A stretch of DNA of 64,000 bases from Tubiluchus corallicola. Taxonomy: Eukaryota; Animalia; Priapulida. The stretch is taken from contig JAQGDQ010000855.1 of assembly GCA_030141605.1 (NCBI GenBank), positions 23,259 to 87,258 on the forward strand, read 5' to 3'. Of this stretch, positions 24,301 to 40,755 are shown in pieces (within the stretch, counting starts at the first letter, position 1; every line of letters starts with the position of its first letter). The notes under the pieces are model-generated. The model made no database searches. It was not told the DNA's origin and saw only the letters and a list, made by a program, of their open reading frames with translations. Position numbers and translations under genes: made by a program.

Positions 24301-27300
24301 AAGTGTATGATAGACAGCTTGTGTCGAAAAAAGAATAAAATTTTCAATTCTATATTCGTGCTCAATGGGAGAGGAAAGTGATTACAAGCTAAGGTAAAAT
24401 TTCTCTCATTATGTCTACGTGAAAATAAAACATTGCTCTGATACAGTGCCGTTGACGCATTTTGTCATTTGTCTGCAAAAAACGAATATTAAAACAATGA
24501 ATTAAAATCTGATCAAAGTGCCTTGACTAGAGCTAGGATGAAAAATGGTGAGTATTGTATTGTCGGTAGGATCGAGTACAGTAAACCGAAATGCAAATCA
24601 TTAATGCAAAACCGGACCCATTCACAAGCTGCAGGTCAAAATAACCTCCTGTTTAAAATGTCAGAGGAAAACATACTCTTTCAAAAAAAAATACGTGAAA
24701 GAATTATTACCACGCAAAAACGTTCGCTCCACTAGTTCTTCACTGTTACGTACATTTCGCCATTCGCTAGTTAGATGTTTGCATTTCGCAAAGGCGTTGT
24801 ACAAAGACGGGAACTGTACTTTTCAGTTCAAATGTTTTAGTTTCTAACAAATTTGAAATTGAAATGTACAACGTACTGAATATCTTTCTGATTAGCACTG
24901 CACTTCAATTTTCACTTTCACAAGCACATGCAACACGCACGTGGAATGTTTGTGCTGTTGAAAATTATGTTAGTTTGTGATGTCATCAATAGTTGGGCTC
25001 CCCAGCCGTTAGTTAAGTATTTAATCTATGGTTTTATTGTCAGAAATGGCTTTACAGAATAAATTGTGTTAAAATGTATACTTTTTATCAGACCTAAAAT
25101 TGCGTAATAGTTGTAAAATCTTTTAATACGTCTTCTTTTAATAACAGATTGGATATCTATATAGTATATATGTTAAGCGTAACTTGCAGTATCGTTTGAT
25201 ACAGTACCGTTTACTATTTCCTTGTATTTCGGGGTGTAGGTCAGGATAGGAACTATGCGATAATACGTAATGTTTTTTATGTAATACTAACACTAGTCTA
25301 TTTTCTCATGTTATAATATATACGTATTCGCTATTGCCATTGTAATACATACACTATGCTATCATACATATTTATATGCAGTCATATATACAAGTAAAAT
25401 AATTATGTAGTTAAACCAGATAAAATGCAATAACGCTAAAAACAAAGTAACAATATAAGTGACATTAAATACTAACATTTCAATATAAAACTAAACACGT
25501 ATTACAAACAATATCAAACATCAAACAATACGTGCAATTATGTAATACAATCTCAAATGACACGAAGACATAAAAACATAAACACCAACATAGTTTTGAA
25601 AGCAATTACCAATACACATAATGACATCACAATCTAAAAAAATCTCACAACATACACAAACATCGCTTTACATTAATAACAATGCAATATACATGTTTAC
25701 ATAACGTTTTGTAAACTAGTTAAACTAGCTTTGATTTAAGAAAAAAGAAAGTTCAAAGTCTGTTACCTAGACGGCATAATGAAGTCTGCTATGCTACTGA
25801 CTCAGTTTACTTACTTTGTCTGCTGTGCTACTGACTCAGTTTACTTACTTTGTCTGCTATGCTACTGACTCAATTTACTTACTTTGTCTGCTATGCTACT
25901 GACTCAATTTACTTACTTTGTCTGCTATGCTACTGACTCAATTTACTTACTTTGTCTGCTATCCTACTGACTCAGTTTACTTACTTTGTCTGCTATGCTA
26001 CTGACTCAGTTTACTTACTTTGTCTGCTATGCTACTGACGCAGTTTACTTACTTTGTCTGCTATGCTACTGACTCAGTTTACTTACTTTGTCTGCTATGC
26101 TACTGACTCAGTTTACTTACTTTGTCTGCTATGCTACTGACTCAGTTTACCTACTTTGTCTGCTATGCTACTGACTCAGTTTACTTACTTTGTCTGCTAT
26201 GCTACTGACTCAGTTTACTTACTTTGTCTGCTATGCTACTGATTCAGTTTACTTACTTTGTCTGCTATGCTACTGACTCAGTTTATTTACTTTGTCTGCT
26301 ATGCTACTGACTCAGTTTACTTACTTTGTCTGCTATGCTACTGACTCAGTTTACTTACTTTGTCTGCTATGCTACTGACTCAGTTTACTTACTTTGTCTG
26401 CTATGCTACTGACTCAGTTTACTTACTTTGTCTGCTATGCTACTGACTCAGTTTACTTACTTTGTCTGCTATGCTACTGACTCAGTTTACTTACTTTGTC
26501 TGCATTGCTACTGACTCAATTTACTTACTTTGTCTGCTATGCTACTGACTCAATTTACTTACTTTGTCTGCTATCCTACTGACTCAGTTTACTTACTTTG
26601 TCTGCTATGCTACTGACTCAGTTTACTTACTTTGTCTGCTATGCTACTGACTCAGTTTACTTACTTTGTCTGCTATGCTACTGACTCAGTTTACTTACTT
26701 TGTCTGCTATGCTACTGACTCAGTTTACTTACTTTGTCTGCTATGCTACTGACTCAGTTTACTTACTTTGTCTGCTATGCTACTGACTCAGTTTACTTAC
26801 TTTGTCTGCTATGCTACTGACTCAGTTTACTTACTTTGTCTGCTATGCTACTGACTCAGTTTACTTACTTTGTCTGCTATGCTACTGACTCAGTTTATTT
26901 ACTTTGTCTGCTATGCTACTGACTCAGTTTACTTACTTTGTCTGCTATGCTACTGACTCAGTTTACTTACTTTGTCTGCTATGCTACTGACTCAGTTTAC
27001 TTACTTTGTCTGCTATGCTACTGACTCAGTTTACTTACTTTGTCTGCTATGCTACTGACTCAGTTTACTTACTTTGTCTGCTATGCTACTGACTCAGTTT
27101 ACTTACTTTGTCTGCTATGCTACTGACTCAGTTTACTTACTTTGTCTGCTATGCTACTGACTCAGTTTACTTACTTTGTCTGCTATGCTACTGACTCAGT
27201 TTACTTACTTTGTCTGCTATGCTACTGACTCAGTTTACTTACTTTGTCTGCTATGCTACTGACTCAGTTTACTTACTTTGTCTGCTATGCTACTGACTCA

Positions 27301-29141
27301 TTTACTTACTTTGTCTGCTATGCTACTGACTCATTTACTTACTTTGTCTGCTATGTACTGACTCAGTTTACTTACTTTGTCTGCTATGCTACTGACTCAG
27401 TTTACTTACTTTGTCTGCTATGCTACTGACTCAGTTTACTTACTTTGTCTGCTATGCTACTGACTCAGTTTACTTACTTTGTCTGCTATGCTACTGATTC
27501 AGTTTACTTACTTTGTCTGCTATGCTACTTACTTTGTCTGCTATGCTACTTACTTTGTCTGCGATGCTATTTACTAGCGATGCTAGTCTCCTAGGTTAAC
27601 CGGTCTGTTATAATTAATGTAACTTTCTTCAATGAAGTTTTAAAGGTAAAAATGTTAGTTACTTTTTTGTTACAATGCGTAGGTCATTTCACAAACTGAT
27701 TGTAGATTTCTGGCCATATTTATTGTTAGTATGTATCTGTTTTAGATTATAGGTTCTTGGGTTCAGCATTGCCTTTGCTGTAGCATTTAGACTTTTGTAA
27801 GTAAAGAATAAAGTGTGATTAAATGGCATAAATAAGAGTTTTATGAATAAGTATTTGTGTGGTTAGCTTTAACAGTGCTTTTACTTGTTTTAGGAATTAA
27901 ATGCGACGACCCATTTTTTGACAATATTAATAGCGTGTTTATCTCAATTTAATAGCTGCAAGAATGAAGGAGCACGCTACATTGTAGTAATGTAGAGCGC
28001 TAATAACACAGCTTACACTGATTAGCCGAGAACTACTAGTATATAGCAAAGTAAAGCTATCAAAGGAATACTTTGAAATGAAGTACTTTGAATTTATGAA
28101 AGCTCTTCCTTACAATATGGATGTTAATATTGCTTGCACAGCTTTGCATATTCTCCTACATTACATGCTTCCTGTTGCTTAACTTTTTTTTTAATATTAC
28201 AGATGTTACAGATTTTTTTTCTTATATATATATATAAGAAAAAAAATCTGTAACATCTGTTATATATATATATAATAATCTTTATTTGCCATTAAAATAC
28301 ATTGATAATCACTGATAAAAACTTTACAGAGATGATCAATCAGTGTTAGTTAATAAAAACTTACACTGCAAAAGGCAAATGCGTCAGTGCAATCTAAACT
28401 ACTGTGCAGTAATGGAAAGTAACGACGAATAAAATCAAACATATTTACAACTATGCACAAAAAATTAAAAAAAACTATGATTTAATTAATTAATATGGCC
28501 GGGAATATACGAATTCTGGATTAGTGTGTATGTTGTCGAACTGGTGTGATGGTATTTCATATCTGGTTAAAATTAGTGATTTTAATTTTGTTTTAAATGC
28601 TGATAGGGACTTGATTTGTTTAACCTGTAATGGTAGAGAATTCCAAAGTAGAATTGCTTCTTTGATTACAGAGTTCGTTCCATAGTGGGTATTTGTCCTA
28701 ATTTGTTTTAGACTGCTTTTTCTGGAATTAACGATATGATTTTGAAAAAAGGTAAATCTGTTATTCTGGAATGGTTTGCTGATGTTGTTAATGTATTTAA
28801 ATATAAAAAGCAGAGTAAAATATTCTGCTCCTAAATCCACCTGTTTTAACTTTCAGAGAGATTCTGGTGGTCCAGTAGTGTTTCCATATACGGGAGAAGT
28901 AATTGCAGTAATAAATGCGGGTGAAGCTAAATGCACGGGTGCAACACTTGCTACAAAAGTTGGTCCTTTTCTTGAGTGGATCGAGGAGACACAGGCTAAG
29001 GCTGAAGAGTCAAATTATCAACATGTCCGGTCCAGCGCAGCTTCTTCCTATTACGTTTCAATAATAAAAGTAACAGATAATAGATTTGTGGGTTACTCGT
29101 GCTGTTCTTCACTTGTATTAACTGCACTGAATGTTTGGTGA
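18314..29141 (+). CDS. S1-family serine protease paralog 3; 7 coding exons, ~352 aa, divergent (TAAHG, RDSGGP)
   Basis: Exons 18314-18482, 18705-18772, 21010-21131, 21659-21731, 21844-22051, 24165-24298 and 28857-29141 (1059 nt) have the same intron positions and phases as paralog 2. Motifs: EPR|IIGG, CGG..TAAHG, IDLAL, GFG, SACYRDSGGP, FLEWI. Confidence 0.9.
18898..19341. mobile_element. MITE with TIRs and internal CAAATGTAGAC subrepeats
   Basis: TATAGGTTTTACA..TCAAATGTAGAC / GTCTACATTTGACATGTAAAACCTATA. A partial second copy is at ~45038-45220. Confidence 0.65.
23210..23715. mobile_element. hAT (Charlie-like) MITE
   Basis: TIRs CAGGGGTGTGCAAATT...AATTTGCACACCCCTG, GCGGCCCGC subterminal motifs, and a perfect 8-bp TSD CTCTAGTC. 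Confidence 0.9.
24600..25080. repeat. Dispersed repeat family B (~500 bp)
   Basis: Homologous to ~41110-41660 and ~55180-55620 (GCAAAACCGGA.., CCACTAGTTCTTCACTGTTAC, and in two copies TTAGTTTGTGATGTCATCA). Confidence 0.6.
25784..27565. repeat. 34-bp satellite, ~50 copies, in the last intron of protease 3
   Basis: Unit GTCTGCTATGCTACTGACTCAGTTTACTTACTTT, highly homogeneous, with no spacers. Confidence 0.97.
28279..28790 (-). mobile_element. LINE family L-A 3' remnant in the last intron of protease 3
   Basis: ORF 28490-28840(-) ends ...AILLWNSLPLQVKQIKSLSAFKTKLKSLILTRYE...YSRPY. The 3' end abuts (TA)n at 28261-28275. Confidence 0.8.
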
Positions 29142-30132
29142 TGTGTTTAACGTAATTCTGGCGTAAAAAATGTAGGCTAATACAAATAACTATTAACAAC
29201 ATCATTGTGAATTTTAATCATTTTTATAGATAGGAAATGTGTTAAAATGTGTAACAAAAAAGAAATATAAGTTATTGGTTGTGTAGGCTGCACTTGTAAT
29301 CTTTTCAGTGCATTATTCGTTATAATTGTGGCAACACTCTGACAGACCAAATGTAAGCAAATTCATATTAATAAGAGATATTTATTGATAGGAAATTTAT
29401 TAAGTTCGTACATAACTATTTTTAACACAGCGAAATGTAACACTAAACTGTTCTGTTCAATGCACTGAATAAACTTCAGATATCCAAATATACAGCATTT
29501 GCTCTTTACTTTGGATAGTTAAATTTTTGTTAAACTTTTAAAGCTACGCGCGATCTGTGAGACTGGGAACGGCGATTTTTTGTCACATTCGCGTAGCCGA
29601 TAAATAGGGGCGGTACCGTGATAAGAATGGTCATGAATTGCAGTGTTCGTCTGTGATATCAGTGTGACGTAGATCTCATTTTCGTGACATCACCTAAACG
29701 TGTTATAAGCAGTCTTCGCATACGCAAATGTACTTGACTGTGGTTAGTTTGTGACGTAAGCAGTAACTGTCCTCGACTGCCTTTCATTAACTTCCCAAGC
29801 TAATTATAAAAATATTAGAAACAATTGTTGACCTTTATTTGCAAGAAAAGTATATTTTGGACGGTAAATTGAAATGAGACTGAGTCTAAACAATCGTCCA
29901 GTTTTCCTTTAAGCAATTTTCCTTGTTGTATTCGATCTCTTTTTAAGATCTCTTTTGCCTCTTGTGGCGCCATTATCATACACGCCATCAGAAATTACCT
30001 TCAGGTGAGCCAGAAACATGGATACATCTAAATTACATCACTAAAAAAATCAGTATAATTTTTTTAAACATTTTTGGATTGTGTTAGTTTGAAGATAATG
30101 TTAAGCATTACAATGTTACTATGAGGTATGCT

Positions 30133-30725
30133 CAGGCTGCATAAGATTATGGATATCTATAAAATAAGACCAAAAATCCATAAAATAAAATTTGAAAAAT
30201 CCATAAAATAAGAAATGCATAAAATAAAAAAATATTTTTTTTTGTGATTTTTTGTACAAAGTAACAATGTTGTAAGCATTGGCAACACTGAAAACGAACG
30301 TTAGAAGGAGAGAAAGAGAAAGAAAACAAACCAACAAAAGCGCATTTCCGGATTTGCTATTTTACATTGTTTTTTTCTCCAGTGTTTTTTTGTTATCAAG
30401 ATGGCGAAGTTTCAACCAAAGCATGACCTGGAGTTCGGTCTGAAAACAACGGAGAGAGACCCAGCCATTGTCTCGTAAAATTTGATTAAATTTGAAGTGA
30501 TATGAAACCGATAAAATTAAAACGAAACCGATAAAATTAAAACTAAGTCCTGCGTGTTTAAAAACACGTTTCAAGCACTCCTGTTTTTACTTTTTAATTG
30601 ATTTCCCCCTGGGCAACTCGTTCCAGATATAGCCTATTATTGATATCCATAAAATAAAATTTCAAAAATTCATAAAATAAGCTATTTTATTTATTTTATA
30701 CATATCCATAATCTTATGCACCCTG
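30133..30725. mobile_element. hAT-type MITE just downstream of the LRR gene A stop codon
   Basis: TIRs CAGG(C/G)TGCATAAGATTATGGATAT, 8-bp TSD GGTATGCT/GGTATGTT, and internal CCATAAAATAA repeats. Confidence 0.8.
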
Positions 30726-30772
30726 GGTATGTTTCACTGCTACTATTGTAGTCGTACTTCTACCAAATTGTA

Positions 30773-34246
<3,474 letters not shown>

Positions 34247-34542
34247 TCTCCTGTTTGAGCAAAATTCTAAACTTCACTTAAAATAATCCCAGCGACTACA
34301 TCGTGTATAAACTTAGGCTAGGATACAGTCATTGCCATTACTGTTACTGCTATTATCACTAGTTTTCTTCCGTATAGGCCTACAAAAAAGTCTTTAGATC
34401 AACAATATATTCTATACACTAGTGATAACATTATGACGTATGACGTTACTCAAACAAGCAGATCCAAACTCATTCGAATGTTTATGGCAACACTAGGCCC
34501 TATAAAGTAAGGAGTCACAATGTTGGACAGAACATGATAGCT

Positions 34543-34768
<226 letters not shown>

Positions 34769-34929
34769 TCATGGCCCTGAAGTATTCAGCCAAGTCACAC
34801 ATGAATGTGTTCAGCGACGTTGCATCAAGTAAAGACTGGTGTTTGTTCCATAACCCTGGAGCTCTCTGCGGTGAAGCAACGGTTTTCATGTTCTTAAACT
34901 ACTGTATTGCACTTTAAGCCTGTATGTAG

Positions 34930-36030
34930 GTCCCATAGTTCTGCCTTCTTTCCAGATTCATATATGCAGTATCCATGCATGATCTTGCAAATTTCAGTCA
35001 TGTCCCTTCTAAACCACCAGTAAACTAAGCTAGACAATTTAAGTGTTCCAATTAGGTGGTACGAGGAGTCTATCCTCGTACACGTATTCCTAACTTTACG
35101 GTACATCATTTTAGTTACTCTGTGCTGTACACCATTTTAGTTGCTCTGTGCTGTACATCATTTTAGTTACTCTGTGCTGTGATTGCTCTGTGCTGTACAT
35201 CATTTTAGTTACTCTGTGCTGTACATCATTTTAGTTACTCTGTGCTGTACATCATTTTAGTTACTCTGTGCTGTACATCATTTTAGTTACTCTGTGCTGT
35301 ACATCATTTTAGTTACTCTGTGCTGTACATCATTTTAGTTACTCTGTGCTGTACATCATTTTAGTTGCTCTGTGCTGTGATTGCTCTGTGCTGTACATCA
35401 TTTTAGTTGCTCTGTGCTGTGATTGCTCTGTGCTGTACATCATTTTAGTTGCTCTGTGCTGTGATTGCTCTGTGCTGTACATCATTTTAGTTGCTCTGTG
35501 CTGTACATCATTTTAGTTGCTCTGTGCTGTACATCATTTTAGTTACTCTGTGCTGTACATCATTTTAGTTACTCTGTGCTGTACATCATTTTAGTTACTC
35601 TGTGCTGTACATCATTTTAGTTGCTCTGTGCTGTACATCATTTTAGTTACTCTGTGCTGTGATTGCTCTGTGCTGTACATCATTTTGGTTACTCTGTACT
35701 GAACATCATTTTAGTTGCTCTGTGCTGTACATCATTTTAGTTACTCTGTACTGTACATCATTTTAGTTGCTCTGTGCTGTACATCATTTTAGTTACTCTG
35801 TACTGTACATCATTTTAGATACTCTGTGCTGTACATTTTCCAATAAGCTAAAGTCTTTCTTATAGAAAGGTGACCGTATTACATTTCCATGCTCCAACAC
35901 AGGTCAGTGTACACCAGAAAAAACATATCGTTATCCGCATGATCGAAAGTGCATTTCATCATCCCCACTACTTTATTTCCTTTGTTACCAACAGTTTCCG
36001 CATGATCTTCAAATTTGTTATTGTTAACAA
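34930..36030 (-). mobile_element. Degenerate CR1-type LINE ORF2 remnant interrupted by a minisatellite
   Basis: Minus-strand translations FEDHAETVGNKGNKVVGMMKCTF, LLENVQHR..KM and LKLSSL..RRDMTEICKIMHG match the CR1 post-RT region (LERVQRRATKM ... RRGDMIE.YKI). Confidence 0.7.
35101..35836. repeat. 26-bp minisatellite with shorter variant units
   Basis: Unit GTACATCATTTTAGTT(A/G)CTCTGTGCT. Confidence 0.95.
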
Positions 36031-37602
36031 TATTGAGTATTTATCAAAAAAGCGTACCTACGTAATTATTTAGGTCTAAAAATGAGACCTACTAATATAA
36101 GCTAGGATGCTCTCATTGCTGCACTGCACTGCCTGACCTTTATCTTCTATGCGCAATATCAGTTTTGATCACAATTTTATAAGGAAATTATGAAAAATAG
36201 CGTTTGAGTAGTACCCAGTGATATTACAAATGTTTACGTGTGTTCTGTAAACAAGAAAGATTTGAAAAATGTATAAGATAAGACGAGACGATGCGACACG
36301 AGACGAGATAGGGTAAGATAAGATGCACTTTATTCCAGGTAAAAACCCACAATATCAACACACATAAAATCAAAAAACACACATATATTACAACCACAGT
36401 AATATATACAATAATATATTACAGCCACAGATAAAAAAATTGGCAAAATACGTGTCTAAAGATATAAATAAAGATGTATACGTCTTCTGTACACAACTGA
36501 TGTATTGCGAAGTACAAAATGTAACCAATTTTGACAAATTTTAGATAAAAACATAAAATCAGTGTTAAAAATTTCTACAACTAACGCAACGAACAGCTAA
36601 AATATCCACTGTTCCAGACACACTGCATCTGCATATTGAAAAAACAACCTTTAAAACAAATTTTTGTTTATTCTTACGGGTAAAAAATTATGATAAATAC
36701 TATTCATAGGCTACAACGACGTAAGCCTGAAAATTACGTGATAATTACAATAACCAAATTCTGAAAAAATATGGCTTTTGCCAGATGCTAAAAAAGTTTC
36801 AAATTAAAACTAAATTTCACAAATAACTGAACTTCTTCTAGTTATTAGATGACGTCATATCTATTCTGTGCTAGATAGCGTCATCTCTCGAAAATATTTC
36901 AAACTCGTACTAGTTCTGACATCTAACATGTGCACTGTGGCCGGTTCGAATTACAGTAAACACAACGAATTTGTGCTCTTGTTAACTGTGTTAAGAAACG
37001 ATGTCTCACTTCATGGTGAGCGACCATGAACTCCCCATCTCTTTCCATCTGGGAGCCTGAATTTTTAATTTATTACACACATCTCAATCAAAATGTTAGG
37101 CATGCTAAACAAAAATAAATAAAGCGTCTTGCAAGATTTGGAAAATGAAACTACTTTTATTTTTGGTCCGTTAAAGTTTCGTCTTATATTCTCCATGCAG
37201 TCTTATTGTGTTCAGGTGGCTCTGTGTTTTGATGTTTATCAATGTTCATTTGAATGGTTTACTGGGGCATGTCAGTGAAATGTTCGGCACAATGAATGCC
37301 AAGCAGGTTCTAAACCTAGGGGGAGCAATCGCATAAAAGAGCTGACGTGACCCATACCAAACATTTTTAATGTACCGATTAGGTATTTTGTGCTTAAAAT
37401 CAAAACAAGAAGAAGATACAGTTTTAAAGGCAGTTTACATCGAACATAAGACAGCAATGGTGGAGACTATTATTGTAATTTTCATGTCTATCTAAGTTTG
37501 TGTGTGATTTGTTTGTATTGGTTTTTTCTTTTTATGATGTTGTATGTTGTATATATGTAAATTGTAATATGAACTTCTGTTTGAAATAAAGAATTAAATC
37601 AA

Positions 37603-37785
<183 letters not shown>

Positions 37786-38480
37786 TTATTCTTTTTGTGG
37801 TAAATTTATTGTTCTTGTTTATAAGCTTTTCACAGTTCCAGCGATTGATGATGGTCATGAAGAGGTCAAAGGTTAAGTGTACAGAAACAACGCATTTGTG
37901 TACACTTGACCACGCCTATTGTAATATTAACAGCTTTAACTTGTTTTAACAGTTAGTCAGAACCCTGCCTAGTTCATTTTTTCTTATTCCCAAGCAAGAT
38001 CATGATAGTATGATAGTAAGTCCAGGCAAAATAACTGAAGTTACTAAATTGATGCGCCAGACGGCTTTGTTTTATCCACATGTCATATGACTGTTGTAGT
38101 TAAGCGTGTTGCTGTGGTACACCAAACGTTTGACCTACACCAACTGCGTTTGCGCGCAATTTTTAGCAATTTTTATTGCTATAAACCAAAATGTTCTCAA
38201 ATGCCTGTTCGACGCTTCAGAACAAACAATGCAGATTGAAACAATGCAATTGCATTTAATTACCATCCTAGTTTTTTCAAAGTATTTCTAATTCTGATCA
38301 AGGTGATCGAATGGACTGAATATTATTCATGAACAAAGAATATTAGTGGGAATACGTGGAAATAAAGAAGCTGCAAATACCTGTGTAAATTACAATATGC
38401 TTACGCCCAATTTAACCCTCAATTTATGCTTTAAAACCTCCATAAACCGATTCTTGTAAAGATTCAGAAGAAAGTTTTAT

Positions 38481-40550
38481 CTGGTAACGTTTTTTCTGTG
38501 GGAAACAACAAATGTATTTCTGTTATAGTTGTAATTATATATAGATCTAGACAGATCTAATTCCGGTTAATATACATTTCTGGTTCTACTTGTAATTATA
38601 TATAGATCTAGACAGATCTAATTGCGTTTAATATGTTCTGGTAACGTTTTTTCTGTGGGAAACAACAAATGTATTTCTGTTATAATTGTAATTATATATA
38701 TAGATCTAGACAGATCTAATTCCGGTTAATATGTATTTCTGGTTCTACTTGTAATTATGTATAGATCTAGACGATCTAATTCCGTTTAATATGTACTGGT
38801 AACGTTTTTTCTGTGGGAAACAACAAATGTATTTCTGTTATAGTTGTAATTATATATAGATCTAGACAGATCTAATTCCGTTTAATATGTTCTGGTAACG
38901 TTTTTTCTGTGGGAAACAACAAATGTATTTCTGTTATAGTTGTAATTATATATAGATCTAGACAGATCTAATTCCGTTTAATATGTTCTGGTAACGTTTT
39001 TTCTGTGGGAAACAACAAATGTAATTCTGTTATAGTTGTAATTATATATAGATCTAGACAGATCTAATTCCGTTTAATATGTTCGGTAACGTTTTTTCTG
39101 TGGGAAACAACAAATGTATTTCTGTTATAGTTGTAATTATATATAGATCATGACAGATCTAATTCCGTTTAATATGTTCGGTAACGTTTTTTCTGTGGGA
39201 AACAACAAATGTATTTCTGTTATAGTTGTAATTATATACAGATCTAGACAGATCTAATTCCGTTTAATATGTTCTAGTAACGTTTTTTCTGTGGGAAACA
39301 ACAAATGTATTTCTGTTATAGTTGTAATTATATATATATCTAGACAGATCTAATTCCGTTTAATATGTTCTGGTAACGTTTTTTCTGTGGGAAACAACAA
39401 ATGTATTTCTGTTATAGTTGTAATTATATATAGATCTAGACAGATCTAATTCCGTTTAATATGTTCTGGTAACGTTTTTTCTGTGGGAAACAACAAATGT
39501 ATTTTTGTTATAGTTGTAATTATATATAGATCTAGACAGATCTAATTCCGTTTAATATGTTCTGGTAACGTTTTTTCTGTGGGAAACAACAAATGTATTT
39601 CTGTTATAGTTGTAATTATATAGATCTAGACAGATCTAATTCCGTTTAATATGTTCTGGTAACGTTTTCTGTGGGAAACAACATGTAATTCTGTTATAGT
39701 TGTAATTATATATAGATCTAGACAGATCTAATTCCGTTTAATATGTTCGGTAACGTTTTCTGTGGGAAACAACAAATGTATTTCTGTTATAGTTGTAATT
39801 ATATATAGATCTGACAGATCTAATTCCGTTTAATATGTTCGGTAACGTTTTTTCTGTGGGAAACAACAAATGTATTTCTGTTATAGTTGTAATTATATAT
39901 AGATCTAGACAGATCTAATTCCGTTTAATATGTTCTAGTAACGTTTTTTCTGTGGGAAACAACAAATGTATTTCTGTTATAGTTGTAATTATATATATAT
40001 CTAGACAGATCTAATTCCGTTTAATATGTTCTGGTAACGTTTTTTCTGTGGGAAACAACAAATGTATTTCTGTTATAGTTGTAATTATATATAGATCTAG
40101 ACAGATCTAATTCCGTTTAATATGTTCTGGTAACGTTTTTTCTGTGGGAAACAACAAATGTATTTCTGTTATAGTTGTAATTATATATAGATCTAGACAG
40201 ATCTAATTCCGTTTAATATGTTCGGTAACGTTTTTTCTGTGGGAAACAACAAATGTATTTCTGTTATAGTTGTAATTATATATAGATCTAGACAGATCTA
40301 ATTCCGTTTAATATGTTCTAGTAACGTTTTTTCTGTGGGAAACAACAAATGTATTTCTGTTATAGTTGTAATTATATATAGATCTAGACAGATCTAATTC
40401 CGTTTAATATGTTCTGGTAACGTTTTTTCTGTGGGAAACAACAAATGTATTTCTGTTATAGTTGTAATTATATATAGATCTAGACAGATCTAATTCCGTT
40501 TAATATGTATCTCTGGATCTACTTGTAATTATGTATAGATCTAAACATAT
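38481..40550. repeat. 96-bp satellite, ~21 copies, between LRR genes B and A
   Basis: Unit CTGGTAACGTTTTTTCTGTGGGAAACAACAAATGTATTTCTGTTATAGTTGTAATTATATATAGATCTAGACAGATCTAATTCCGTTTAATATGTT. Confidence 0.95.
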
Positions 40551-40755
40551 CTAATTCTGTGATTTAGTTGCGTGGCTGCACAGATGGAAAAATATATTGG
40601 TGCAAGAAAGAAGAAAAGAAAGAGAAAAAGCAGCATTTTTTGCTAATAAAAACAAATCTACAATAATCTATTTTGCACCAGCTAATAAATAATGTAAAGA
40701 AAAAATAAGTTAGACAGGTAAACAGAATGAGTCGGATCAAGTTAGAGAGTAATAG

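Noticed and set aside
25784-27565. 34-bp array (and the 37-bp array at 48345-49340) as a CRISPR array
   Set aside because: The units are contiguous with no unique spacers, there are no cas genes, and the context is a eukaryotic intron.
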